Notes: generated from the letters alone by a model not told the origin. A stretch of 64,000 nt of DNA from Selaginella moellendorffii (GCF_000143415.4 NW_003314304.1:1112047-1176046), one strand, 5' to 3'. Counted from the stretch's first letter, positions 37,096 to 48,903 are shown. A program made the numbers and translations.

Positions 37096-38619
37096 ATGGA
37101 GTTTCTTCTCTACTTTCTGGCTCTCTTGCTCTTTGTTAGAATTCTTATGTTGCAACGCAAGAGGCTGCCGCCATCTCCATGGGGTTTGCCATTGATTGGT
37201 CATCTCCATCTCTTAGATCGAATGATTCACCAATCTCTTCAGAAGTTATCCAACAAGTTTGGGGATGTTATGTTCTTGAGACTTGGCATGGTTCCAGCCG
37301 TTATTATTTCCAGTCCAGCTATGGCGAAAGAAGTACTCAAGACTCATGATCTGATCTTTAGTTCCAGACCATTTGTATTAGTTGGGCAGTATGTGAGCTA
37401 TAACTTCAAGGGGCTGGCATTAGCTAGTGGCGATCATTGGAAAAACGTGAGGAAGATCTGCACTACAGAGCTTTTCACTGTAAAGCGTATAGACTCCTTC
37501 TTATGGGTAAGGGTTGAGGAGCTTTGTTATTTGATCTCATCTCTCGCGAAAGCTCCTAAAGGTGTTGATATGAGAGAGCACCTTACAGTGCTTACATTCA
37601 ATATCACGAGCAGAATCCTCATGAGTAAGAGATTCTTTGGAGAGAACTTGGTTGGGGAGGATCTAACAGATGCCAAAACATTCAAAGAAGTGATGCACGA
37701 AGTCGCTGAAATTGGTCTCCAGTTCCATATAGGCCAGTTTGTTCCGGATTGGCTTCGATGGATCGACTGGAGCATACCACGGGTGAAAAGGATCTTTGCC
37801 AAGGAAGACAAGTTCTTCGAGAAGGTCATTACCGAGCACAAGAAAAGTGGAGGATCACGTCCACAACCTGATTTTACAGACATTTTGCTTCAGCATTACA
37901 AAGACGAGGAGGTTGTCAAAGGCACTCTAATGGTACGAAGTCCTTATATTTCTAAATTTGAAATCATTGATCAGTCTTTTGCGCAGGAAATTCTAATAGC
38001 TGGAATGGACACAAGTGCTTGCACAGTAGAGTGGGCCTTACTGGAACTTGTCAACAATCCAGAGGTAATGAAAAAGGCACAAGAAGAACTTGATGTAGTG
38101 GTGGGTCGAAATCGCATGGCTACCGAAACCGATTTCTCAAAGCTGACATATCTTGAAGCTGTGATCAAGGAAACTCTCAGGCTTCACCCTCCCGTTCCAA
38201 TTCTAGTGCCTCACATGTCAAACAGAGCATGCGTTTTGGCTGGTTTTGATGTTCCCAAAGGAGCCACCACCATTATTAATTTCTACTCCATTAGCAGGGA
38301 CCCAAATGTGTGGGAACATCCCACAAAGTTTTGGCCAGAGAGGTTTGGGCAGATAACAGCTGATGTTAAAGGGCAGGACTTTGAGCTGATTCCCTTTGGA
38401 GCTGGAAGAAGAATGTGTCCAGGAATGTCACTTGGCCTCAAGACTGTCCACCTTGTTCTCTCAAACTTGCTCCACAGTTTTCATTGGGAGCGTGTTCCTG
38501 GAGAAAGCTACAATTTGGATGAAGGTGTTGGATCAGTGACTTGGCCAAAGTCGCCATTGCAGGCACAGCTCACTCCAAGGCTGCGGAACCTGGATGTAAT
38601 TTTCAACTTCGCTCAATGA
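37096..38619 (+). CDS. Cytochrome P450, CYP71 clan (C-type, intact); exons 37096-37932 and 37987-38619
   Basis: PPSPWGLPLIGH, IAGMDTS, KETLR, PERF, FGAGRRMCPG. 54-bp intron at the same position as in A and B. Confidence 0.96.
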   Translation: MEFLLYFLALLLFVRILMLQRKRLPPSPWGLPLIGHLHLLDRMIHQSLQKLSNKFGDVMFLRLGMVPAVIISSPAMAKEVLKTHDLIFSSRPFVLVGQYVSYNFKGLALASGDHWKNVRKICTTELFTVKRIDSFLWVRVEELCYLISSLAKAPKGVDMREHLTVLTFNITSRILMSKRFFGENLVGEDLTDAKTFKEVMHEVAEIGLQFHIGQFVPDWLRWIDWSIPRVKRIFAKEDKFFEKVITEHKKSGGSRPQPDFTDILLQHYKDEEVVKGTLMVRSPYISKFEIIDQSFAQEILIAGMDTSACTVEWALLELVNNPEVMKKAQEELDVVVGRNRMATETDFSKLTYLEAVIKETLRLHPPVPILVPHMSNRACVLAGFDVPKGATTIINFYSISRDPNVWEHPTKFWPERFGQITADVKGQDFELIPFGAGRRMCPGMSLGLKTVHLVLSNLLHSFHWERVPGESYNLDEGVGSVTWPKSPLQAQLTPRLRNLDVIFNFAQ

Positions 38620-38776
38620 AACATTTTATAAATATCACATTAAATACTACTTTCTAAGATTAATATAATATTATGAAAACAAAAAAAGATAGACCATTAT
38701 AATCCTATTTGGTTTGGGGTCCACTTTTTACCCTTGTAAGTTTTTAGGGTTCTTACTTGTGGCGGCAAAAGAGAGA

Positions 38777-41063
38777 ATGGGGAGGCCGCGGCGCGAGGTG
38801 AGAACAGCGATTGTGGAGCGGGAGAGTAGCAGCAGCGATGAGAGCTCCGACGAGGATGTAGACGATCTTGCGGCGGAGGAGGAGGAGGAGAAAGATGAAG
38901 AAGAAGAGATTGGGGAAGAGGAGGAGGAGGAAACCAAGGAGCATTCGGCTGTGGAGGGAAAGAAGGGTAGAAAGAAGATTACAATCAGTTTGAAAGCAGC
39001 AAAGCTTTGCAAGGTATGCTTCTGTTGCTCTTTCTTTGATATTTTCTTCTTCTCTCTTCTATTTATATCAGGTTTGCAAAGGGAAAGATCATCAAGCTGG
39101 CTTTGTTGGGTCAGTTTACTTGGATTGTCCAAACAGGCCGTGCTATCTCTGCAAACGACCTGGTAAGTTCCAATTCTTTTTTTTTTCTTTCTTTCTAGGA
39201 GAGCTTAAACACATTTTTTTTTTTTTCACTTAGGCCATACTACCGCAACTTGTCCCCATCGTTTGGCCAGTGAGCATGGTGTCACCCCCGGAATTCGCAA
39301 GACATCTGTAGGAGTGGCAGATTTTATCTATGAGCGTCAGCTGGGAAGGCACAGATCCATGGTAAGTTTTGTTTGATACGTTTATTTCTTCTTTCCTTGT
39401 TTCGACGATACAAAACTTTCTTTTCAGGTAAGGCCCAGGCTTCCAATTCCCAATAAAGTCGAATGCGGCATCCTCAAGCTACATAGTCGTCGAGTAACCT
39501 GTCTCGAGTTTCATCCAACCAACGATAAGCTTGTCATATCCGGAGACAAGGTTTGCCTTCCTTTCTTCCTTTCTTGCATCTTATTGCTGTATTTTGTGCT
39601 GTAGAAAGGCCAAGTTGGGATTTGGGACTACCTCAAAGTCTACGACAAAACGGTCTACGAGACAGTACACAGCTGCATTGTCAACAGCATGAAGTATTTG
39701 CTCGCACTCGTCCACACTTGATCGCGTTGCTAACGCTTTAGAAAACTTTTTTCGCAAGGTTTATTCCAAACTCGGATGAAACCATCTGTTCTTCGGGCTC
39801 TGATGGGCACCTGTGCCTCACAGACTTGGAAACCGGTTTGACACAAAGCTTGATAAACCTCAATCCGGGGGGATGGCAAGTAAGTCTTTCTCTCGCACAA
39901 CTAGTTTTATGATTCTGTTATTTCCAGGGACCTTCAACCTTCAAAATGATTTATGGAATGGATTTAAATCTCACCAGAAACTTGGCTTTGGCAGCCGACA
40001 ATTTTGGATACTTGTACAGGTGAGGACTGTCTATGTGGGTTTTGAATGTGAACGAACGCTTTCTTTTTTTCCAGACTAGACTTAAGAACTAAGAAGACTC
40101 ATGACAAGCCTCTGTTGATCCATAAGAAAGGCACAAAAGTCGTTGGACTCCACACTAATCCAATCGACCAAGACATATTTATCACATCTGGCAACGATCA
40201 CATGGTATGTTTCCGAGCTTTTTTTCATGCATTTTTCCATTTTCTAACTCAAAGCAAAATATATTTCTAGGCTCGAATTTGGGACTTGAGAATGCTTGAC
40301 AGTCGCAATCATCTCGCGGAGCTCTCTCATCCAAGAGTCGTGAGCTCCGCCTACTTCTCGCCTAGAACAGGAAACAAGATTATGACCACTTGCCAAGACA
40401 ACAGGATTCGCATTTGGGACTGTATTTTCTCCAACTTGGGAACTCCAAGCAGGGAGATTGTTCACAGCCACGACTTCAACAGATATCTCACTTGTTTCCG
40501 AGCAGAATGGGATCCAAAGGTACGCACTCTTTTCCTTTTTCCGTTCGTCTTTTCCAAATCTAGAGCTTGCTTTATGATTTTCATCCAGGATCCCACGGAA
40601 TGCCTGGCTGTGATCGGTCGATACATCAGCGACGACTTCAATGGCGTTGCGTTGCATCCGATCGATTTCATCGACGTGAGCACTGGACAGATAGTTGCCA
40701 AGGCCATTGATCGGAGCATCACGACGATAAGTCCCGTAAACAAGCTCCATCCTCGCCTTGATATCCTGGCCTCTGGAAGCTCACGGTAACATCCGTTTTT
40801 TTTCTTGTAACTTTTCTTCTATCATGTTTCTTGTTGGGTTTCTAAGGTCGATCTTCATCTGGTCGCCCGAGGACGAGGACGAGGAGCAGCCCGAGGTGAA
40901 GATAGCGATTCCGCCGAGGATCTACACATTTCTGGGGAATGGGAGCTTGAAGAGAAAAGGTGATGGTGATAATGGAGATTGTGATGATGAAGACGAGCTA
41001 GACGAGTGTGCCGGAGCCAAAAAAAAGAACGAAAAGAAGCAAAAATCCAAGAAGAAAATGTGA
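38777..41063 (+). CDS. DDB2: Damaged DNA-binding protein 2 (acidic N-terminus, CCHC knuckles, WD40 repeats)
   Basis: CKVCKGKDHQAGF.G.VYLDCP.RPCYLCK.PGHTTATCPHR, HSRRVTCLEFHP, HSHDFNRYLTCFRAEWDPK, ISPVNKLHPR match plant DDB2. Confidence 0.93.
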
Positions 41064-41101
41064 TAGAGTGAGGTGGTGGAAAGGTTTGTAAAAGTTATAC
41101 A

Positions 41102-41625
41102 TATCATTAGTCTGAATCATGTAATAATCCAAAAGATTAGTCAGCTTGTTACAGCTACTGACCCTGGATTATAATTAAAGATGATATTGCTTGCAAGAAC
41201 TTTTCCAAACTCCAGGAACTTGGAAGAAGAAAATTGGAAAGAGATATCATTAGTCTCTCATGAAATAATCCGAGAAATAGAAAGATTATAGTCAGCTTGC
41301 ACGTGACATGCTACAGCTTTTACTGACCTTTCATTGTCATGGATACTTTTTAATCAAGAAAAGAAGCATCGATAACAAAGATGATATCACAAACTTATTT
41401 TGAAAGAGTTTTTCCAAATTCCAGGAACTTGGAAGAACTGAGAACATTGTCTCTAAATCATGAAATAATCCGAAAGATTAGTCAGCTTGCATGTGAAATG
41501 TTACAGCTTTTACGGACCTTTCATTGTCATAGATTATTATTTTTAATCAAGTAAAGAAGCCTTAAGATAGCAAAGATGATATCACAAATTTAGCTTGCGA
41601 AGAACTTTTCCAAACTTGGAAGAGG
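41102..41625. repeat. Three degenerate tandem copies of a ~145-200-bp unit
   Basis: The motif series tcatgaaataatcc, gattagtcagcttg, tacagct, aaagatgatat, ttttccaaa, aacttggaaga recurs three times. Confidence 0.85.
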
Positions 41626-41628
41626 AGT

Positions 41629-42462
41629 ATGTGGATCTCTAGATCAATTGGCGACAATGTGGAGGGCTGGAAGACATCCGCTGCTCAAAGCGCGCAGGCC
41701 TCGAACAACACGAGCACCAGGTCAGTGCAAAGCTCCGGAGATCTCTTCTCCACAAACACAGTCTACCCAGGCCAGATCTCCAACCATGCCAAGGCCGATC
41801 TCGAAGTTTACAATCACCTCCTCTCCCTCGACCGCCAGCGCTCGCGTTCGCTCCTCCGCAAGATCATCTACTGCCAGTCCGGTCTCTCCAACGATCTCAC
41901 CCGGAGCTTCATCCAGAGCTTCCATGGCGCCGGCGCCGGCGGTAGCAGTGGCAGCAGTGGTGCGACAAATTTCCAGCTCCAATCCAGCCGCACGGCCATG
42001 ACGCGCCCTCTTATCAATCCAAGGTCGATCATCAACCATGAGTTCCTGATAATTGTGATGAAAATCGGGGGCGAGGAGCGCTTCTTCCTGGCCGAGAAGT
42101 GTGGAGCCGGCGAGGATTGCGGTATCAACATCAAGCTGCTGCCCGGGCTAGACGATTTCCGCAGCGCGCAGGTCTCAAGCTTCGACTGCGAGGACACTCC
42201 CATGGGATTCGAGAGATTGATGAGGATTCTTGAGGATCACGACCCGGATTACACTGTGCACGAGAAGAATTGCTGGGAGTACGCGGTCCAGACCACCAAG
42301 AAGCTACTGTTCGCTTGCAAGGAGATTACCGGGAAGACCCATTTTGGCGATCAGGCCAAGCTCGTGGGAGGAAAGGTCACGATGCATCACATCAAGGACA
42401 TGGCCATTCGCGGATTTCGTGCTCTTGGGGATATGCTGACTAGCCGTGGACTGGGACATTGA
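41629..42462 (+). CDS. Intronless 277-aa orphan with a permuted papain-like (PPPDE/LRAT-type NlpC/P60) signature
   Basis: Long GC3-rich ORF in AT-rich flanks. HEFLIIV...FFLAEK precedes PDYTVHEKNCWEYA (His before Y-x5-NC). Confidence 0.65.
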   Translation: MWISRSIGDNVEGWKTSAAQSAQASNNTSTRSVQSSGDLFSTNTVYPGQISNHAKADLEVYNHLLSLDRQRSRSLLRKIIYCQSGLSNDLTRSFIQSFHGAGAGGSSGSSGATNFQLQSSRTAMTRPLINPRSIINHEFLIIVMKIGGEERFFLAEKCGAGEDCGINIKLLPGLDDFRSAQVSSFDCEDTPMGFERLMRILEDHDPDYTVHEKNCWEYAVQTTKKLLFACKEITGKTHFGDQAKLVGGKVTMHHIKDMAIRGFRALGDMLTSRGLGH

Positions 42463-42499
42463 CTAATATTTGACTACTCTAAATAAATGTTGGATGGCT

Positions 42500-42750
42500 G
42501 GACTTAAAGATGTTGTTCTTTGGATGAGGATTACTGGCTTGGGTATCTTGACAAGGCAAGAGCTTTGCTGCACAATTGTGCTTGATTTAGCTAAATAACT
42601 GTTTGATTGTCCCTAACATACACTCTTCAAATACAGTGTTTACAGGATATGCTAGGCATTTGGAGAGCAGAATTGGTGTTTAATTTGATGCCAGAGCTAA
42701 AATTTGGTTTCCTGGGCTGCACTGGTAAAAAGGGGTTTTCAGATGCTGCA
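42500..42750 (+). pseudogene. Decayed fragment of the adjacent PPR gene
   Basis: acaggatatgctaggcatttggagagcagaattg...gatgcc...cagatgctg parallels 43689-43800. Confidence 0.75.
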
Positions 42751-43322
42751 AACATATATTACAAACATTACTACTAATTATTTTCAATTACCTGCTAAAC
42801 ATTCATTATCATTCAGTAACTAACAATTAGCAAAGCAGTTCGTATTTGAGTTGAATTTATTGAAGCTGAATTGTATAATGTACAAATAATTTTGTTATTC
42901 GTTGTATCACAGCTAACCTCAATAGTATTGAATAATCTTATAATATGCAAATAGTTATGAAACTATTATTATATAATTATAAATCCAAAACCTAAGTTTA
43001 ATTTTAGGTTCAATGTTTGCTAAATCATTGTAAATTCAAAATGCCCAAAACTTTGCATCATTCAGAGTAATCTACCACTTCACAAATCGATCTTGCAGTA
43101 GTATTTACAAATATTCTACCCAAGGAGTCACGGCTACTTGCTATTGGAGGAATTGCCAGTTATTATTGCAAATTTATTTATTTCAAATGAGAAGCTTTGG
43201 AGCTTTGAAAGATGTCTCAAGGACACGGCGATTTGAGGATTTCTTGCTCTCCGTGGACTCAAACGTTGACTAAACTTTGACTAGACCAGGAGCTAAGAGA
43301 ATATCTTCTTTGAGTGATTTTG

Positions 43323-45230
43323 ATGATATGCATTGGATGCCAAGGCTTTTCAAGCTATAGAAATGCAAATCAAGGATTCAGAGATGTTGTTACTTGGACA
43401 AGGATGCTCCAAGCTTACTCGCTCAAGGGGTGGATTCACAAAGCTAGGCTTCTTTTCAATCGAATGCCTGAGAAGAACATTGTGACTTGGACCGTGATGG
43501 TATCTGCTTATGCCCAGGCTGGGCATCTTGATAACGCAAAATATTTGCTAAATCAAATGCCTGAGTGGAGTACGATTGTCCTTACAATTATGATTGTCGC
43601 TTGTTTTAAAGATGGCTATGTTGATTTGGCTAAAGAAATGTTCGACGAAGTTCCTGTTGCTGATATACCCTCTTCAAATGCAATGCTTACAGGATATGCC
43701 CAGACTAGGCATTTGGAGAGAGCAGAATTGCTGTTTGATTCGATGCCGGAGCGTAATGTGGTCTCCTGGACTGCATTGCTAAAAGGATTTGCAGATGCTG
43801 GAGATCTTGAGCGCGTGGAGAAACTGTTTGTGGATATCCCCGAGAGAAACATCGTAACTTGGAATGTGATTGTAAACGCATTTGCCGCATTCGGGCATTT
43901 AGAACGAGCCAATGTGTTACTAAGGAGAATGCCCGAGCACAATGTTGTCACTTGGAACGAAATGATCACGGCCTTTGCAAACTCTGGAAACATAGCTTCA
44001 GCCAAGAAAATGTTTGAAAAGATGCCCGAAAGAACTCTAGCGTCGTGGAATCTCTTAGTTTCGGCATACGTCCTGGAAGGGTATTTGCACGAAGCAAAAC
44101 TTATATTCGATCGAATGCCACAACACAACGTTGTTGCGATCACCGCAATGATCCAAGCGCTTTCGTCGCACGGTCGCATTGAGGAGGCCAAGATCCTGTT
44201 TGACCAGTCGGTAGAGAAGAACATAGTCACCTACAATGCCATGATCGAGGGATTTGCCCAGAATGGTCACCTCTCCAAAGCCAAGACCCTTTTCAATTCC
44301 ATGCCGAGAAGAGATTCCACCACCTGGAACATCCTCATCTCCGCGCACGCTCAGACTGGATCACTGGAGGATGCAAAGTTCCTGTACGATTCGATGCCGG
44401 AGCCCAATCTAGTCTCCACCAACACGATGATCTCTGCCTATGCCCAGATCGGGCAAACCCACGAAGCGAGACGCCTGTTTGATTCGATGCCAGCGCTGAG
44501 CTCCGTGTCGTGGAACTCGATGATCACTGCTTTCATGCTGAATGGAGAGCCCCACCAAGGGAGATTGATCTTCGAGGAGATGCCAGAGCCCAACATCGTG
44601 TCCTGGAACGCGCTTCTCCACGGATTCGCCCTCAATGGCCACCACAAGGCTGCGAAAGGAGTGTTTGATGCCATGCCCTTTCGCGATGCCGTCGCGATCA
44701 CCACAATGATCGTCTCCCTGTGCCAGAGCAGCGATCTTAGAACCGCAACAGCGCTATTCGAGAGAATGCCCTACCGCGATCTCATCCCCTGGACGGCAAT
44801 GGTGGCGGCATTCGCCTACTCTGGCCTGGCCGATCGCGCAGCGCAGTTATTTCGAGCCCTGGAGATGGATGGGATCGAGCCTAACCAGATCTCCTTCACC
44901 AGCATTCTTATCGCTTGCAGCCACGCCGGGAAGCTCGATCTAGCGCGCCAGCTCCTGCGCCTGATGATTCAAGACCACGAAATCCTTCCACTGCGCGAGC
45001 ATTTCTCCCTGATCGTCGACGGGCTAGGCCGGATCGGGCAGCTCCGCCTGGCCGAGGAGATGATCCACGCGATGCCATTCGTGCCGGATCCTGTCGCCTA
45101 TGGCGCGCTGCTCGGCGCATCCAAGATCCATCGCGAGGACCAAGCACAAGCGCGAGGCGTCGCGCAAACCCTAGCAAAGCTCGATCCAGCGAGCGTGACG
45201 CCGTATGTAACGCTCTCCTCCATTGGATAG
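43323..45230 (+). CDS. PLS-class PPR protein made mainly of consecutive 31-aa SS-type motifs, ending in an E region, no DYW
   Basis: About 15 tandem NVV(S/T)W..M..A.A..G....A..LF..MPE repeats, then ACSHAG, EHFSLIVDGLGR, YGALLGAS. Start codon uncertain. Confidence 0.92.
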   Translation: MICIGCQGFSSYRNANQGFRDVVTWTRMLQAYSLKGWIHKARLLFNRMPEKNIVTWTVMVSAYAQAGHLDNAKYLLNQMPEWSTIVLTIMIVACFKDGYVDLAKEMFDEVPVADIPSSNAMLTGYAQTRHLERAELLFDSMPERNVVSWTALLKGFADAGDLERVEKLFVDIPERNIVTWNVIVNAFAAFGHLERANVLLRRMPEHNVVTWNEMITAFANSGNIASAKKMFEKMPERTLASWNLLVSAYVLEGYLHEAKLIFDRMPQHNVVAITAMIQALSSHGRIEEAKILFDQSVEKNIVTYNAMIEGFAQNGHLSKAKTLFNSMPRRDSTTWNILISAHAQTGSLEDAKFLYDSMPEPNLVSTNTMISAYAQIGQTHEARRLFDSMPALSSVSWNSMITAFMLNGEPHQGRLIFEEMPEPNIVSWNALLHGFALNGHHKAAKGVFDAMPFRDAVAITTMIVSLCQSSDLRTATALFERMPYRDLIPWTAMVAAFAYSGLADRAAQLFRALEMDGIEPNQISFTSILIACSHAGKLDLARQLLRLMIQDHEILPLREHFSLIVDGLGRIGQLRLAEEMIHAMPFVPDPVAYGALLGASKIHREDQAQARGVAQTLAKLDPASVTPYVTLSSIG

Positions 45231-45618
45231 CCGCCACGTGGCTGTATCTTCCAAAAGGTTAACGTGGCAGTTAGTACCGACTACACCTGGCAGGCTTACT
45301 AAGAATAGGAGCTCGTTTTTCCACTGGGACTTTGTCAAGGACACGTCCTTGCTCAAGAGTGGGGACGGCGGTGGCGTGTGAGTGGAGCGCTCTTTGCCGT
45401 TTAAAGAGAAGCGATCAATGTTTGTTTTCTTGTTCTAGAGAGGAAGAATTCCCGGATAAGATCGATCGCATTGGAATTCGAGCGCTTTGAATGCTGGCCG
45501 CGATCATCCAGCCCCAAATCTCCAGGTCGGTTCTTCAATCTTGATCAGCTAGCCCTAGCGCCATCACCGCATCGCTGCTGCCGGAGCGGCGCATTGGCAG
45601 TCATCGGTCGATCGATCC

Positions 45619-48064
45619 ATGGCAATGGAGGGGGAATCGCAGCGAAATCTCTCGGATTCCCGGCGAAATATTTCCAAGAAGGATCAGGAGCGCAGCGCAA
45701 GCAGGCTGGAGAGGCTAGCGTCTCACATGGCGGCTGTGCCGCTGGTCAGGGAAGCGCAGCTCGCGCGGCAGGAGTGCGCCAAGGTGAAGATCAAGCACCA
45801 GGTCCACGTCTCGACGCTGGTGGAATTCTTGACTCAGGGCCATCAATCCGAGCAGGAGAAGGTCTATCGATTCTTTCTCGAGCGGCCTCACTTGCAAACC
45901 CCGGTGGAAATTCACAAGGACAAGCACAGGGAGCTGTGTATGAGGCAGCTCACTGCGGTGGTCCGTGAGGCTGGGATTCGTCCGATGGATCTTCTTCTCA
46001 ACGATCCCGCGAGCTACTTCGTTTTCACTGAGGCGATTGGGCACATCGATCTCTCGCTTGCGATCAAGCTGGGTGTGCAATTCAGGTAAGAAAGGTTTCT
46101 TCTTTACTATTCTATCTTGACAATGTGTCACTTTAGTCTCTGGGGTGGTAGCGTCATCAATCTTGGAACGAAAAAACACCGTGACAAATACTTGGCTGGT
46201 ATATCAAATCTCGATTATCCAGGATGCTTTGCAATGACGGAGTTGCATCATGGTATGTGATCTTGGCTTTTGTTCTTCTCTGCAACGTTGCTGAAAAATT
46301 GGTTCTTTATCCAGGTTCCAACGTTCAAGCATTGCAAACCACTGCGACTTTCGACAGGCTCACGGACGAGTTCGTGATCAACACTCCCGACGAAGGTGCG
46401 ACTAAATGGTGGATTGGAAACGCTGCGGTCCATGGCAAGTTCGCTACCGTTTTTGCTCGGCTCAAGCTTCCTTCGCCGGACTCGCATCTGGACAAAGACA
46501 TGGGCGTGCACGCCTTCATTGTTCCCATCAGAAGTATGGAAGATCACTCCGTTCTTCCTGGTGTGGAAATCCGCGACTGTGGCTACAAAGTTGGTCTCAA
46601 CGGTGTCGACAATGGTGCATTACGATTCAGCAACGTCAGGATTCCCCGAGACAATCTCTTGAACCGGTTTGGCGACGTTTCAAGGGATGGAGAGTATAAC
46701 AGTTCGCTGCCAACCGTGAACAAGAGGTTTGCAGCTACACTTGGGGAATTGGTTGGAGGAAGAGTTGGGCTAGCCTATGGATCAGTCGGTGTTCTAAAAG
46801 CATCCGTCACCATTGCCATCCGGTATGCGCTTCTCAGGCAACAATTCGGCCCTCCAAACAAGCCAGAGATCAGCATACTCGACTACCAGTCTCACCAGCA
46901 AAGATTGATGCCACTGCTAGCTTCGACTTATGGTTTTCACTTTGCTACCCAGTACCTGGTGAACAGATATGCCGAGATGAAAGTTACGCATGACGACGAG
47001 GTGGTCGCAGATGTTCACGCTCTCTCTGCGGGTCTCAAGGCGTACATTACTTCCTACACGGCGAAGGCATTGAGTACTTGCCGAGAAGCTTGTGGTGGAC
47101 ATGGTTATGCAGCAGTGAATCGATTCGGCAGCCTCCGAAACGATCATGACATTTTCCAGACGTTTGAAGGGGACAACACGGTTTTGCTACAGCAGGTAAG
47201 ATTGACAACTATTTGGCTTGTGGAATCTGTGGTTGCTCATTTCCTTAAAACTTTCTCATTTCAGGTAGCTGCAGACCTTTTGAAGCAGTACAAGGAGAAG
47301 TTCCAAGGAGGTGCCTTGAGTGTGACATGGAACTATTTAAGAGAATCAATGGGGACTTACTTGAACCAGACAAATCCTGTCGTGACGCATCGAGAAGGCC
47401 ACGGCCATCTCCGAGATCCCAACTTCCAGCTTGACGCTTTTCAGGTTCGGTATCAACAGCTTTCAGTCAGTTTCAGTTGGTCAACTGATATTATTTCGGT
47501 TTGTTTCGCAGTACCGGACGGCAAGGCTGCTCCACACTGCTGCGTTGCGCTTGCGCAAGCACTCCCAACGCTTAGGAAGCTTTGGTGCATGGAATCGCTG
47601 CTTGAACCACCTCCTCACTCTGGCCGAGTCACATATTGAATCCGTCATTCTTGCAAAGTTCATTGAAGCTGTCAACCGGTAAGTTGTTCTCCCGTTTCGT
47701 CTCCAGGTATGAAAGTTTTCGTGTGTTGCAGTTGCCCGGACAAAGATGTCCGCTCGCTGCTCAAGCTAGTGTGCGACTTGTATGCTCTGGATCGAATCTG
47801 GGAAGACATTGGAACGTATAGAAACCAGGACTACGTTGCACCAAACAAAGCCAAGGTGAGTAAGAAACTCTGACACAATTCAAGCTTAACACGTTTTCTT
47901 TGTCGCAGGCTATCCATCGTTTGGTGGAGTATTTATCTTACGAAGTCCGCGGCGTTGCCAAGGAACTGGTCGACGGTTTTGGAGTGCCCGATTTCGTGCT
48001 GAGAGCACCGATCGGCCTGCAAAACGGGCAGTACTCGGAGTACATGCAGTACGTTGGCTTTTGA
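45619..48064 (+). CDS. ACX2: Peroxisomal acyl-CoA oxidase 2-like (long-chain)
   Basis: PTS2-like RLERLASHM; [54 protein letters not shown]; ends QYVGF*. Confidence 0.94.
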
Positions 48065-48156
48065 GTAAAACAGTTTGAAGAGAGGGAGCCGGCTAGAAGA
48101 GAGGCTATGCACTGTATTCATCCTAGAGATCTCTTTACAGCAAAACTTTCCGGGAG

Positions 48157-48903
48157 CTACGACGAGGTGGTAAATCGCTTGAGGTACTCTGGATCCTTCT
48201 TTGCCTTGTCTTGAAACTTCTTGAACCATTTCTCCAGGATGTCGAGCGGGACAACCATCCTCCCATTCTCCTGGCTGCAAAACGACTGCATGAAGTTGAA
48301 GAGATTCTCGCCAACCTTGAGCGCCAGATCCTCCACCTTCTTGTAGTTGCCAACGTTGAGAGCCGGGAGCGAGACGAGGTCCTCCACCGCGAGGCCGATC
48401 TTGGCAGTGAGTGGCTGCGTCTCGGAGGCCATGATTTGCATCTGGCCGCCGGGCTTTGGCCACAGCAGCGTCACCACTGCCGAGGGACAAGCCTTGTGGA
48501 CGGCTCCACAGTACTGGAACTGCGATCCCGGGGACTGGACGTAAACCGCCAGAGCTTTCTCCGGAGGGAGCGAGAGCTCGTTGAGAAGGAAGATACACAT
48601 TTCTTTCACTTCCTCGTACCCTTCTCCTGTGTAACCAAGAGGAAAAAACTTTAGAGAGAGCTCTCTTCGAAAAAACTAAAGACCAAGCAAGAAATGATAG
48701 CCTCTCGGGAAGAAGAGAGAAGAAAGAATGAGCTCTCTTCTCTCGTTCTTCGCAATTTCAAGCAACGAAGCAAAGGATTTCTTCGCAAACTCAGACTTAC
48801 CCAGGAAAACGCTCATGTCGAGCACCCAGTGCGCAATGTCGATCTGTTGGAAGCTCGCGGCGTCCATCGGGAAGCTGCGATTCGGGAAAACCACCCCAAA
48901 CAT
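48157..48903 (-). CDS. OPI10/Hikeshi-family protein (DUF775); exons 48903-48801 and 48626-48157
   Basis: MFGVVFPNRSFP, CIFLLN..LPP.KALAVY, AKIGLAVE, LALKVGENLFNFMQSF, ILEKWFKKFQ. Confidence 0.92.

Noticed and set aside
41102-41625. CRISPR-like array
   Set aside because: Whole units are degenerate copies without unique spacers, in eukaryotic context.
16925-48064. Biosynthetic gene cluster (P450s plus acyl-CoA oxidase), or a UV-protection cluster with DDB2
   Set aside because: No scaffold-forming enzyme is present. ACX2 and DDB2 are conserved housekeeping genes, and adjacency is expected in a compact genome.
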